A DNA stretch of 64,000 bases. Origin: Escherichia coli. GTDB taxonomy: Bacteria; Pseudomonadota; Gammaproteobacteria; Enterobacterales; Enterobacteriaceae. The notes beneath the pieces are model-generated. The model was not told the origin of the DNA, searched no databases, and saw nothing but the letters and a program-made list of their open reading frames with translations. Location: NCBI RefSeq assembly GCF_002854065.1, contig NZ_CP024147.1. One strand, 5' to 3'. Made by a program: the position numbers and the translations under genes. This document shows, in pieces, positions 20,092 to 29,324 of this stretch (positions are counted from its first letter, which is position 1; each line of letters opens with the position of its first letter).

Positions 20092-21315
20092 TTATTCCTT
20101 TTCAAGGGCTTGTTCTACAATTTCAATCCAGTGACGCACAGAGGTACGACCGGCGCTCGCCAGATGCGTCTGGCAACCAATGTTGGCGGTGACGATCATT
20201 TCCGGTTTGCCGCTTTCCAGCGCATTCATTTTGTTATCCCGCAGCTGGCGTGCCAGATCGGGATGCGTTAACGCATATGTTCCCGCTGAACCGCAGCACA
20301 GATGGCTGTCAGGAACGTCCGTTAAGGTAAATCCAAGACGAAGCAACACTTTTTCCACTTCGCCGTTCAGCTTTTGCGCATGTTGTAGGGTACACGGGCA
20401 GTGGAAGGCCAGTTTTTTATCGCCGCGAATTGCCAGTTTTTCCAGCGGTTCCTCGCGCAGAAGCTCGACTAAATCGACCGCTAGTTCACTGACCTGACGC
20501 GCTTTATCGGCATATAACGCATCGTTTTTCAGCATCTGCCCATACTCTTTGACAAACGCGCCGCAGCCGCTGGCGGTTTGCAAAATTGCCTCGGCACCTG
20601 CTTCAATCGCGGGCCACCAGGCATCAATATTATTGCGCGCCCGTGCCAGCCCTTTCTCCTGCGCATTAAGATGATAGTCCACCGCGCCACAACAGCCTGC
20701 TTCGTTAGCTGGCATGACGCTGATCCCCAGACGATCCAGCACTCGCGCAGTTGCCGCGTTGGTGTTGGGCGAAAGCGTAGGCTGGGCGCAGCCTTCCAGC
20801 ATTAAAACCCGACGCTTATGGCGCAGCGGCGGACGCGGTTTAGCTTTCACCGTTTCAGCAGGCAGTTTTGCTCTGACCTGTTCCGGTAAAAACGGTCGCA
20901 GCACCAGCCCTACCTGCGTCAGCGCACGGAAGACCGCCGGACGCGGCACTACCTGGCGCAATCCTTCGCGCAGTATTCGCTCCGGCAGTGGGCGTTTCAC
21001 TTTCTGCTCGACAATATCACGCCCGATATCCAGCAAATTGTGATAGCGCACACCAGAAGGACAGGTGGTTTCACAATTGCGGCAAGTGAGGCAGCGATCG
21101 AGATGCTCCTGTGTTTTAAGCGTGACTTCGTTGCCTTCCAGCACCTGTTTAATCAGATAGATGCGCCCGCGCGGCCCGTCCAGTTCATCGCCCAGAAGCT
21201 GATAGGTTGGGCAGGTTGCGGTACAAAATCCGCAGTGAACACAGGCGCGCAGGATGCTGTCGGCTTCCTGCGCCCGCGCGTTCTGCCGCATCTCTTCGGT
21301 TAAACGGGTTTGCAT
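20092..21315 (-). CDS. glcF: Glycolate oxidase iron-sulfur subunit, 407 aa
   Basis: ORF in track; start set at MQTRLTEEMRQNARAQEADSILRACVHCGFCTATCPTYQ; two CxxCxxCxxxCP ferredoxin-type motifs. Confidence 0.9.
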   Translation of the reverse strand: MQTRLTEEMRQNARAQEADSILRACVHCGFCTATCPTYQLLGDELDGPRGRIYLIKQVLEGNEVTLKTQEHLDRCLTCRNCETTCPSGVRYHNLLDIGRDIVEQKVKRPLPERILREGLRQVVPRPAVFRALTQVGLVLRPFLPEQVRAKLPAETVKAKPRPPLRHKRRVLMLEGCAQPTLSPNTNAATARVLDRLGISVMPANEAGCCGAVDYHLNAQEKGLARARNNIDAWWPAIEAGAEAILQTASGCGAFVKEYGQMLKNDALYADKARQVSELAVDLVELLREEPLEKLAIRGDKKLAFHCPCTLQHAQKLNGEVEKVLLRLGFTLTDVPDSHLCCGSAGTYALTHPDLARQLRDNKMNALESGKPEMIVTANIGCQTHLASAGRTSVRHWIEIVEQALEKE

Positions 21316-21325
21316 AGCCTGCTCC

Positions 21326-22378
21326 TTAAAGTTCCGCGTACATGCGACCGGGGTTAAACACGCCGCAAGGATCGAGCTGCTGTTTAAGCTGCTGGTGATA
21401 GCGGAATAAAGGAGCCGGTAGCGGGGCAAAGCCACCATCTCCGGCACTAAAGCGGGTCGCATGACCGCCAGCGTTGCGGGCGATGCGATGGATTTGATTG
21501 TCATCGGCTGTCGATTTCAGCCAGCGTAACGCCCCGCCCCAGTCGATCAGTTGCTCGCCGGGTAAATCCATCATCGGCGCATCGCTGGGTAATGAAATGC
21601 GCCATAAGGTACCTGGTAACGAGAAGAACGGCAGTTGTTGTTCACGCAATTGCTGCCAGAACTGACCCGCCACCTCTTCGCCACCCAGCAGTTCACGCGC
21701 TGCTTTTACCGATCCTTCGCCGCCCTCAAGACGGATCCACAACGCATTGTCGAAGTAACATAAGCCACTAATGGGTAATGGCTGGAGTTGCCACTCGGCG
21801 ATTTCACTCATGGCTTCTTGCAGGCTGATTTCCCGACGCAGGCTCAGGGAGGCGCGCGGTCGCGGTAACACTTTCATTGAGATTTCAGTGAGCACGCCAA
21901 GACAACCGTAGCTTCCGGCCATTAACCGTGAGAGATCGTATCCGGCAACGTTTTTCATCACTTCGCCACCAAAACGCAGATGTTTTCCAGCGCCGGTAAT
22001 GATGCGCGTGCCGAGGACAAAATCGCGGACCGAACCGCTCCACGGGCGACGCGGCCCCGCCAGCCCGCAGGCGACCATCCCGCCCCAGGTGGCTTCTTCA
22101 CCATAATGCGGCGGCTCGCAGGGAAGCATTTGCCCGGCGCTCTCCAGCGCCGCTTCAATCGCCACCAGCGGCGTTCCGGCACGAGCGGTTATCACCAGCT
22201 CGGTCGGGTCGTAATTAACAATGCCGCGATGACAACGCACATCCAGCGTTTGCCCGGTGACTGGGCGACCTAAAAAGGCTTTGCTATTGCTGCCCTGAAT
22301 CACCAGCGGCGTTTTATCGCTAATTGCCTGATTCACCTGCTCCAGCAGCGCCTGACTGTAATCACACTCGCGTAGCAT
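21326..22378 (-). CDS. glcE: Glycolate oxidase FAD-binding subunit, 350 aa
   Basis: Full-length ORF; FAD-binding PCMH-type domain. Confidence 0.9.
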   Translation of the reverse strand: MLRECDYSQALLEQVNQAISDKTPLVIQGSNSKAFLGRPVTGQTLDVRCHRGIVNYDPTELVITARAGTPLVAIEAALESAGQMLPCEPPHYGEEATWGGMVACGLAGPRRPWSGSVRDFVLGTRIITGAGKHLRFGGEVMKNVAGYDLSRLMAGSYGCLGVLTEISMKVLPRPRASLSLRREISLQEAMSEIAEWQLQPLPISGLCYFDNALWIRLEGGEGSVKAARELLGGEEVAGQFWQQLREQQLPFFSLPGTLWRISLPSDAPMMDLPGEQLIDWGGALRWLKSTADDNQIHRIARNAGGHATRFSAGDGGFAPLPAPLFRYHQQLKQQLDPCGVFNPGRMYAEL

Positions 22379-23877
22379 CAGAAGCGCTCCAGTTCAGGAA
22401 AAGGTAAATGACCGTGATGCACATGCATGGCACCAAATTCAGCACAGCGGTGTAGCGTGGGAATGTTTTTCCCAGGGTTCAGCAAACCATCGGGGTCAAA
22501 CGCCGCCTTGACCGCATGGAAGGTCGTGATTTCATCGCTATTGAACTGGGCGCACATTTGATTGATTTTTTCTCGCCCGATGCCATGTTCCCCACTGATG
22601 CTGCCGCCAACTTCAACGCAGAGTTCCAGGATCTTCCCGCCCAACTCTTCCGCGCGGGCAAATTCACCGGGTTCGTTGGCATCGAAAAGGATTAACGGGT
22701 GCATGTTGCCATCTCCGGCATGAAACACGTTGGCAACACGTAAATCATATTGCTGCGATAAACGGGCAATGCCTTCCAGTACGCCAGGCAGGGCGCGACG
22801 CGGGATGGTGCCATCCATGCAGTAGTAATCCGGGGAGATACGTCCTACCGCCGGGAACGCATTTTTGCGACCGGCCCAGAAACGTACGCGCTCTGCTTCG
22901 TCCTGTGCCAGACGGACGTCAGTCGTGCCCGCTTTCAACAAGATGTCGTTAACCCGCTCGCAGTCTTCCTGTACGTCAGACTCCACGCCGTCCAGCTCGC
23001 ATAACAAAATCGCTTCGGCGTCGACGGGATAACCGGCATGAATAAAATCTTCCGCCGCGCGGATCGACAGGTTATCCATCATCTCCAGCCCGCCGGGGAT
23101 AATGCCATTGGCGATGATGTCACCAACTGCAAGTCCGGCTTTTTCTACCGAGTCAAAGCTTGCTAACAGAACCCGCGCCACGGGCGGCTTCGGCAGCAGT
23201 TTTACCGTCACTTCGGTGGTCACGCCGAGCATACCTTCCGATCCGGTGAACAACGCCAGCAGGTCAAAACCAGGCGAATCCAGCGCATCCGATCCCAGCG
23301 TCAGTGCCTCGCCATCCAGCGTTTGCACTTCAATTTTCAGCAGGTTATGTACGGTCAGACCATATTTCAGGCAGTGGACGCCGCCGGCATTTTCTGCCAC
23401 GTTGCCGCCAATGGAACAGGCGATTTGTGAGGAAGGGTCCGGTGCGTAGTAGAGATTATGCGGTGCAACGGCCTGGGAGATCGCCAGGTTACGCACGCCT
23501 GGCTGCACGCGCGCGCGGCGACCAACGGGGTTAATGTCGAGGATCTCTTTAAAGCGCGCCATCACCAACAACACACCTTTTTCCAGCGGCAGCGCGCCAC
23601 CAGAAAGCCCGGTGCCTGCACCACGGGTCACCACCGGTACACGCAGGCGATGGCAGACAGCCAGAATCGCTGTCACCTGTTCCATCTGCTTAGGCAGAAC
23701 AACCAGTAATGGACGCGTGCGATACGCGCTCAACCCGTCACACTCGTAAGGAATGATCTCCTCATCGGTATGCAGGATCTCCAGTCCAGGGACATGCTCA
23801 CGCAGTGCCATCAGTACCGATGTGCGGTCGACATCGGGTAAAGCGCCATCAAGACGCTCTTCGTACAAGATGCTCAT
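22378..23877 (-). CDS. glcD: Glycolate oxidase subunit GlcD (FAD-linked oxidase), 499 aa
   Basis: Full-length ORF MSILYEERLDGALPDVDRTSVLMALREHVPGLEILHTDEE... Confidence 0.95.
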   Translation of the reverse strand: MSILYEERLDGALPDVDRTSVLMALREHVPGLEILHTDEEIIPYECDGLSAYRTRPLLVVLPKQMEQVTAILAVCHRLRVPVVTRGAGTGLSGGALPLEKGVLLVMARFKEILDINPVGRRARVQPGVRNLAISQAVAPHNLYYAPDPSSQIACSIGGNVAENAGGVHCLKYGLTVHNLLKIEVQTLDGEALTLGSDALDSPGFDLLALFTGSEGMLGVTTEVTVKLLPKPPVARVLLASFDSVEKAGLAVGDIIANGIIPGGLEMMDNLSIRAAEDFIHAGYPVDAEAILLCELDGVESDVQEDCERVNDILLKAGTTDVRLAQDEAERVRFWAGRKNAFPAVGRISPDYYCMDGTIPRRALPGVLEGIARLSQQYDLRVANVFHAGDGNMHPLILFDANEPGEFARAEELGGKILELCVEVGGSISGEHGIGREKINQMCAQFNSDEITTFHAVKAAFDPDGLLNPGKNIPTLHRCAEFGAMHVHHGHLPFPELERF

Positions 23878-24127
23878 GAGTAGGCTTCGCTTTGTTATGT
23901 TGTGTGGCAGCTGATTTTTGCGCGCTGCTTCTGTGAACAGTTATTAAGCGGGCTTTTCGTTTTCGTCTATCTCTTTAGCTACCGGTCAGACCATTTTTTT
24001 TCCAGCTCTGTGACCTTGTCTTGGTTAACTTAATGTTAAATTGATGTAACATAATCACTTGCGTGATGTGCGTGTTTTGCGAGTTAAGAACAGAAAAATT
24101 GGTCCTACCTGTGCACGAGGTCTGGGA

Positions 24128-24892
24128 ATGAAAGATGAACGTCGCCCTATTTGCGAAGTGGTTGCAGAGAGTATCGAACGGTTAATTATCGACGGCGTAC
24201 TGAAGGTCGGTCAGCCGCTTCCCTCGGAACGTCGACTGTGTGAAAAGCTCGGCTTCTCACGCTCCGCACTGCGTGAAGGGCTGACCGTGCTGCGCGGGCG
24301 CGGGATTATTGAAACGGCGCAGGGTCGCGATTCTCGTGTCGCACGGCTTAATCGGGTGCAGGACACCAGTCCGCTGATCCATCTGTTCAGTACGCAACCG
24401 CGAACGCTGTACGATCTGCTCGATGTTCGCGCATTACTGGAGGGCGAATCGGCAAGGCTTGCGGCAACGCTGGGAACGCAGGCTGATTTTGTTGTGATAA
24501 CCCGCTGTTATGAAAAAATGCTCGCCGCCAGTGAGAACAACAAAGAGATTTCGCTGATCGAACATGCGCAGTTGGATCACGCTTTCCATCTCGCCATTTG
24601 TCAGGCTTCTCACAATCAGGTGCTGGTGTTTACGCTGCAATCATTGACCGATCTGATGTTTAATTCAGTGTTTGCCAGCGTAAATAATCTCTACCATCGA
24701 CCACAGCAAAAAAAGCAGATCGATCGCCAGCATGCGCGGATCTACAACGCGGTGTTGCAGCGGCTGCCGCACGTCGCCCAGCGCGCAGCACGCGATCATG
24801 TGCGGACCGTGAAAAAGAATCTCCACGATATCGAGCTGGAAGGCCACCATTTGATTCGCTCGGCGGTGCCGCTGGAGATGAACCAGAGTTAG
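24128..24892 (+). CDS. glcC: GntR-family transcriptional activator of the glc operon, 254 aa
   Basis: ORF in track; start set at MKDERRPICEVVAESIERLIIDGVLKVGQPLPSERRL (ATG 24128); divergent from glcD. Confidence 0.9.
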   Translation: MKDERRPICEVVAESIERLIIDGVLKVGQPLPSERRLCEKLGFSRSALREGLTVLRGRGIIETAQGRDSRVARLNRVQDTSPLIHLFSTQPRTLYDLLDVRALLEGESARLAATLGTQADFVVITRCYEKMLAASENNKEISLIEHAQLDHAFHLAICQASHNQVLVFTLQSLTDLMFNSVFASVNNLYHRPQQKKQIDRQHARIYNAVLQRLPHVAQRAARDHVRTVKKNLHDIELEGHHLIRSAVPLEMNQS

Positions 24893-24898
24893 CTGGTA

Positions 24899-26041
24899 TT
24901 AAATCTGCTTTTCATACAATCGGTAACGCTTGTACGGCTCTGCCCCAATGCGTTCCAGCATGTTATTCATGCCTGTATTGGTTTCGAGGATCCATGACAT
25001 CTCCAGCGCATCGATCTTCCGGCGGGCAAACGGATCGCGTAAGGCTTCAATCAATAACAGCGCAATCACCGGGCCGATGCGGCTGAACTGATACTCGTCC
25101 CGCACGCCCATCAGCGGCACTCGCGCAGTTCGCACACCGCTGACTTTCAAACGCCACAGCAATTTTGCCCAGCCGAAGGGAAAGAGCGATCCGTTCAGAT
25201 CGGCAATCGCCTCGTTGATGTTCGGCAAGCCGACAATAAACGCGCAGGGTGCAGAATCAATCTCAGCGATGTAGATCATATCGTCCGGCACCAGATATTT
25301 AAGTTGATCGCCCATGGTCGCGAATTCATGTTCGGTAAACGGCACAAATCCCCAGTTGTGCTGCCAGCCAGAGTTGAAAATCTCACGCAGGATCTGCATC
25401 TCTTCGGCAAACCGCTGGCGATTGATGCAGCGAATGGTCACCTTTTTGCGCACCTGATCCATCAGTTTTTTTAGCGCCGGAGAGAAAGTGAGATCGGTTC
25501 GCTGCATCCACCACGCCAGTAAATCAATGCCTTTGTGATAACCCAGTTGTTCAATATGCGCGGCATACCACGGTTTGCCGTGTGGCATCATCGCACAGGG
25601 TGGTGTGTCAAAACCTTCAATCAGTAATCCGCTTTCCTGATTGATATTCAGGCTGAAAGGCCCGCTGATCTTACTTGCACCTTGTGACTTCAACCACGCT
25701 TCCGCTGCGCCAAACAACGCGGCAAAAACCTGCGGATCATCAATGGCGTCAATCATTCCGAAATGACCGGTATCTTCACCGTAACGCTCACGGTGCAAGG
25801 TATCTATTTGCGCGGTAATACGCCCAACTATCTGCCCCGCTTTTTTTGCCACCCACGCCTGCCAGATGATATGGTCCGTCCCCGGATTTTTCGCAGACAA
25901 ATGCTCGCTGCGTTCAATGAATAAAGGGGGTATCCAGTTTGGATCATCGGGATAAAGTGATGACGGAAAAGCGATAAATGCCTTAAGGTCATTTTTATTA
26001 ATTACTTTTTCAATTTTGATCATCAGCAGATCGCATTCCAT
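24899..26041 (-). CDS. yghO: YghO-family protein, predicted acyltransferase (GNAT-like), about 375-380 aa
   Basis: Full-length ORF; start ATG at 26041 or 26023; recognised as YghO family; fold assignment is from memory of family annotation. Confidence 0.6.
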   Translation of the reverse strand: MECDLLMIKIEKVINKNDLKAFIAFPSSLYPDDPNWIPPLFIERSEHLSAKNPGTDHIIWQAWVAKKAGQIVGRITAQIDTLHRERYGEDTGHFGMIDAIDDPQVFAALFGAAEAWLKSQGASKISGPFSLNINQESGLLIEGFDTPPCAMMPHGKPWYAAHIEQLGYHKGIDLLAWWMQRTDLTFSPALKKLMDQVRKKVTIRCINRQRFAEEMQILREIFNSGWQHNWGFVPFTEHEFATMGDQLKYLVPDDMIYIAEIDSAPCAFIVGLPNINEAIADLNGSLFPFGWAKLLWRLKVSGVRTARVPLMGVRDEYQFSRIGPVIALLLIEALRDPFARRKIDALEMSWILETNTGMNNMLERIGAEPYKRYRLYEKQI

Positions 26042-26411
26042 AGTTCTGTGGGTAACAAATAATTAACGGTGAAAAACAGGTTGCAACAGCAACGAACGGC
26101 ATCTTAATAATCAACCCAATGAATACAAACGACGAATAAATAGTATTTATTAATGATTACGATAGGGTCAGCGACTACGCAGAAGCGCCACAATGCCTTT
26201 TGTCGATTTAAGGCGACCGGACAAGGCTTCTTCTTAATATATTCATAAATTAAATATCATTCACAATAAAAACAAAAAACTTAAATTCATTATTTAAATC
26301 AATGTTCATTTTCACACCGATGAAAATACTATCTCATTTATCTTTTATGCCTATATAATCCACCGCATTATTGTCATTTTATTTTGGATATCCAATTTTT
26401 TCGTGGTGTAT

Positions 26412-28133
26412 ATGTCTAATAAAATCTTTACGCATTCCCTACCTATGCGCTATGCCGATTTTCCAACGCTGGTTGATGCTTTGGACTACGCCGCTCTGAG
26501 TAGCGCTGGAATGAATTTTTATGACAGACGTTGCCAACTTGAAGATCAACTGGAATATCAGACGTTAAAAGCGCGTGCCGAAGCTGGTGCGAAGCGGTTG
26601 TTATCGCTAAACCTGAAAAAAGGCGATCGCGTGGCGCTGATTGCCGAAACCAGTAGCGGGTTCGTAGAGGCTTTTTTTTCCTGCCAGTATGCCGGCTTAG
26701 TCGCCGTCCCGTTGGCGATTCCAATGGGCGTCGGTCAGCGGGATTCCTGGAGCGCCAAACTGCAGGGTTTACTGGCAAGTTGCCAGCCCGCTGCCATTAT
26801 CACTGGTGATGAGTGGTTGCCGCTGGTCAATGCCGCCACGCATAACAACCCCGAATTGCATGTATTAAGCCACGCCTGGTTTAAGGCATTACCGGAAGCT
26901 GATGTTGCGCTCCAGCGCCCAGTTCCGGACGATATCGCCTACCTCCAGTACACCTCCGGCAGCACCCGTTTTCCCCGTGGCGTCATTATCACCCATCGCG
27001 AAGTGATGGCTAATCTACGTGCTATAAGCCACGATGGCATTAAATTACGCCCTGGCGACCGCTGCGTCTCCTGGCTGCCTTTCTACCATGATATGGGACT
27101 GGTCGGCTTTCTCCTGACCCCGTTCGCCACGCAGCTTTCAGTAGATTATTTGCGCACTCAGGATTTTGCCATGCGTCCTCTGCAATGGCTTAAATTGATC
27201 AGTAAAAATCGCGGCACCGTTTCCGTTGCGCCGCCGTTTGGCTATGAATTGTGCCAGCGCCGCGTGAATGAAAAAGATCTCGCTGAACTGGATCTTTCCT
27301 GCTGGCGCGTCGCTGGTATTGGTGCAGAACCCATCTCCGCAGAACAACTCCATCAATTCGCTGAATGTTTCCGTCAGGTTAACTTTGACGATAAAACTTT
27401 CATGCCGTGCTACGGACTGGCAGAAAATGCGCTGGCTGTCAGTTTCTCTGATGAAGCCTCCGGGGTTGTGGTTAACGAAGTGGATCGCGACATCCTCGAA
27501 TATCAGGGTAAAGCCGTTGCGCCGGGTGCAGAGACACGCGCCGTATCGACTTTCGTCAACTGCGGTAAAGCGTTGCCGGAACATGGTATTGAAATCCGCA
27601 ATGAAGCAGGTATACCTGTCGCGGAACGTGTGGTAGGCCATATTTGCATCTCCGGCCCTAGCCTGATGAGCGGTTACTTTGGCGACCAGGTTTCACAAGA
27701 CGAGATTGCCGCGACGGGCTGGTTAGACACCGGGGACCTCGGTTATCTGCTGGACGGTTATCTGTATGTCACCGGACGCATTAAAGATCTGATTATTATT
27801 CGTGGCCGTAATATCTGGCCGCAGGATATTGAATATATTGCGGAACAGGAACCGGAAATTCATTCTGGCGATGCGATTGCTTTTGTTACCGCCCAGGAAA
27901 AAATCATTTTGCAGATCCAGTGTCGGATCAGCGATGAAGAACGTCGCGGGCAGCTTATCCACGCGCTGGCAGCACGGATCCAAAGCGAATTTGGCGTAAC
28001 AGCGGCTATCGATCTGTTGCCGCCCCACAGTATTCCCCGAACGTCCTCCGGTAAGCCTGCCCGTGCGGAAGCGAAAAAACGTTATCAGAAGGCTTATGCT
28101 GCCAGTCTTCATGTGCAGGAATCCCTGGCATGA
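26412..28133 (+). CDS. Fatty acyl-AMP ligase / acyl-CoA synthetase-like adenylating enzyme, about 573 aa
   Basis: AMP-binding core motif YTSGSTRFPRGVIITH and the overall architecture of ANL-superfamily enzymes; first gene of a 4-gene operon. Confidence 0.75.
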   Translation: MSNKIFTHSLPMRYADFPTLVDALDYAALSSAGMNFYDRRCQLEDQLEYQTLKARAEAGAKRLLSLNLKKGDRVALIAETSSGFVEAFFSCQYAGLVAVPLAIPMGVGQRDSWSAKLQGLLASCQPAAIITGDEWLPLVNAATHNNPELHVLSHAWFKALPEADVALQRPVPDDIAYLQYTSGSTRFPRGVIITHREVMANLRAISHDGIKLRPGDRCVSWLPFYHDMGLVGFLLTPFATQLSVDYLRTQDFAMRPLQWLKLISKNRGTVSVAPPFGYELCQRRVNEKDLAELDLSCWRVAGIGAEPISAEQLHQFAECFRQVNFDDKTFMPCYGLAENALAVSFSDEASGVVVNEVDRDILEYQGKAVAPGAETRAVSTFVNCGKALPEHGIEIRNEAGIPVAERVVGHICISGPSLMSGYFGDQVSQDEIAATGWLDTGDLGYLLDGYLYVTGRIKDLIIIRGRNIWPQDIEYIAEQEPEIHSGDAIAFVTAQEKIILQIQCRISDEERRGQLIHALAARIQSEFGVTAAIDLLPPHSIPRTSSGKPARAEAKKRYQKAYAASLHVQESLA

Positions 28134-29044
28134 ATCAAACTGTCGCGGTGACGGGCGCTACCGGGTTTATCGGTAAATATATTATCGATAACCTGCTCAC
28201 CCGCGGCTTTCACGTTCGCGCATTGACGCGTACTGCCCGCGCTCACGTCAATGATAATCTTACTTGGGTGCGCGGTTCGCTGGAAGATACACATTCGCTT
28301 AGCGAACTGGTTGCCGGAGCCAGCGCGGTGGTCCATTGCGCCGGGCAAGTGCGCGGACACAAAGAAGAGATTTTTACCCACTGTAACGTTGACGGCAGCC
28401 TGCGCCTGATGCAAGCAGCAAAAGAGAGCGGCTTTTGCCAACGTTTTCTGTTTATCTCTTCGCTGGCGGCGCGCCATCCCGAGCTCTCCTGGTACGCAAA
28501 TTCCAAACACGTCGCCGAACAACGGCTGACGGCAATGGCTGACGAAATTACGCTGGGCGTTTTTCGCCCGACAGCCGTGTATGGTCCCGGCGATAAAGAG
28601 TTAAAACCGCTGTTTGACTGGATGCTGCGCGGCCTGCTGCCACGACTTGGTGCACCAGATACACAGTTCTCTTTCCTGCATGTCACCGATTTTGCGCAAG
28701 CAGTGGGTCAGTGGTTAAGCGCCGAAACTGTACAGACGCAAACCTATGAATTATGCGATGGCGTCGCTGGCGGCTATGACTGGCAACGCGTACGACAGCT
28801 TGCCGCCGAAGCCCGTTGTGGTTCCGTGCGGATGGTTGGCCTTCCTCTGCCGGTACTCACCTGCCTTGCGGATATCAGTACTGCGTTGAGTCGCCTGGCA
28901 GGTAAAGAACCTATGCTGACCCGCTCGAAAATTCGTGAATTAACCCACGCCGACTGGTCGGCAAGTAATAACCGTATTTCTGAAGATATTAATTGTTTTC
29001 CCGGGATTAGCCTGGAACACGCATTACGCAACGGGCTATTTTGA
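28130..29044 (+). CDS. NAD(P)-dependent epimerase/dehydratase-family (SDR) oxidoreductase, 304 aa
   Basis: N-terminal Rossmann motif VTGATGFIGKYI; start overlaps the upstream stop (ATGA). Confidence 0.7.
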   Translation: MNQTVAVTGATGFIGKYIIDNLLTRGFHVRALTRTARAHVNDNLTWVRGSLEDTHSLSELVAGASAVVHCAGQVRGHKEEIFTHCNVDGSLRLMQAAKESGFCQRFLFISSLAARHPELSWYANSKHVAEQRLTAMADEITLGVFRPTAVYGPGDKELKPLFDWMLRGLLPRLGAPDTQFSFLHVTDFAQAVGQWLSAETVQTQTYELCDGVAGGYDWQRVRQLAAEARCGSVRMVGLPLPVLTCLADISTALSRLAGKEPMLTRSKIRELTHADWSASNNRISEDINCFPGISLEHALRNGLF

Positions 29045-29075
29045 TTGTCTTGTTTAAAGGTGTGTTAACGTTTCT

Positions 29076-29324
29076 ATGGTAAATCGTGAAATAGTAATGG
29101 ATTACATCCTTTCCTGTTTACAGGATTTGGTCGAAAACGGTGTGGAAATTAAGCCCGACAGCGATCTCGTCAACGATCTTGGCCTGGAGTCGATCAAAGT
29201 GATGGATCTCTTAATGATGCTGGAAGACAGATTCGATATTTCCATTCCTATTAATATTCTGCTGGATGTCAAAACCCCTGCGCAATTAATGGAAACTCTA
29301 CTTCCATGGCTGGAGAATAAATAA
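29076..29324 (+). CDS. Acyl carrier protein-like small protein, about 75-82 aa
   Basis: Phosphopantetheine-attachment-like motif DLGLESIKVMDL; acidic helical protein; start ambiguous (29076 or 29097). Confidence 0.6.
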   Translation: MVNREIVMDYILSCLQDLVENGVEIKPDSDLVNDLGLESIKVMDLLMMLEDRFDISIPINILLDVKTPAQLMETLLPWLENK

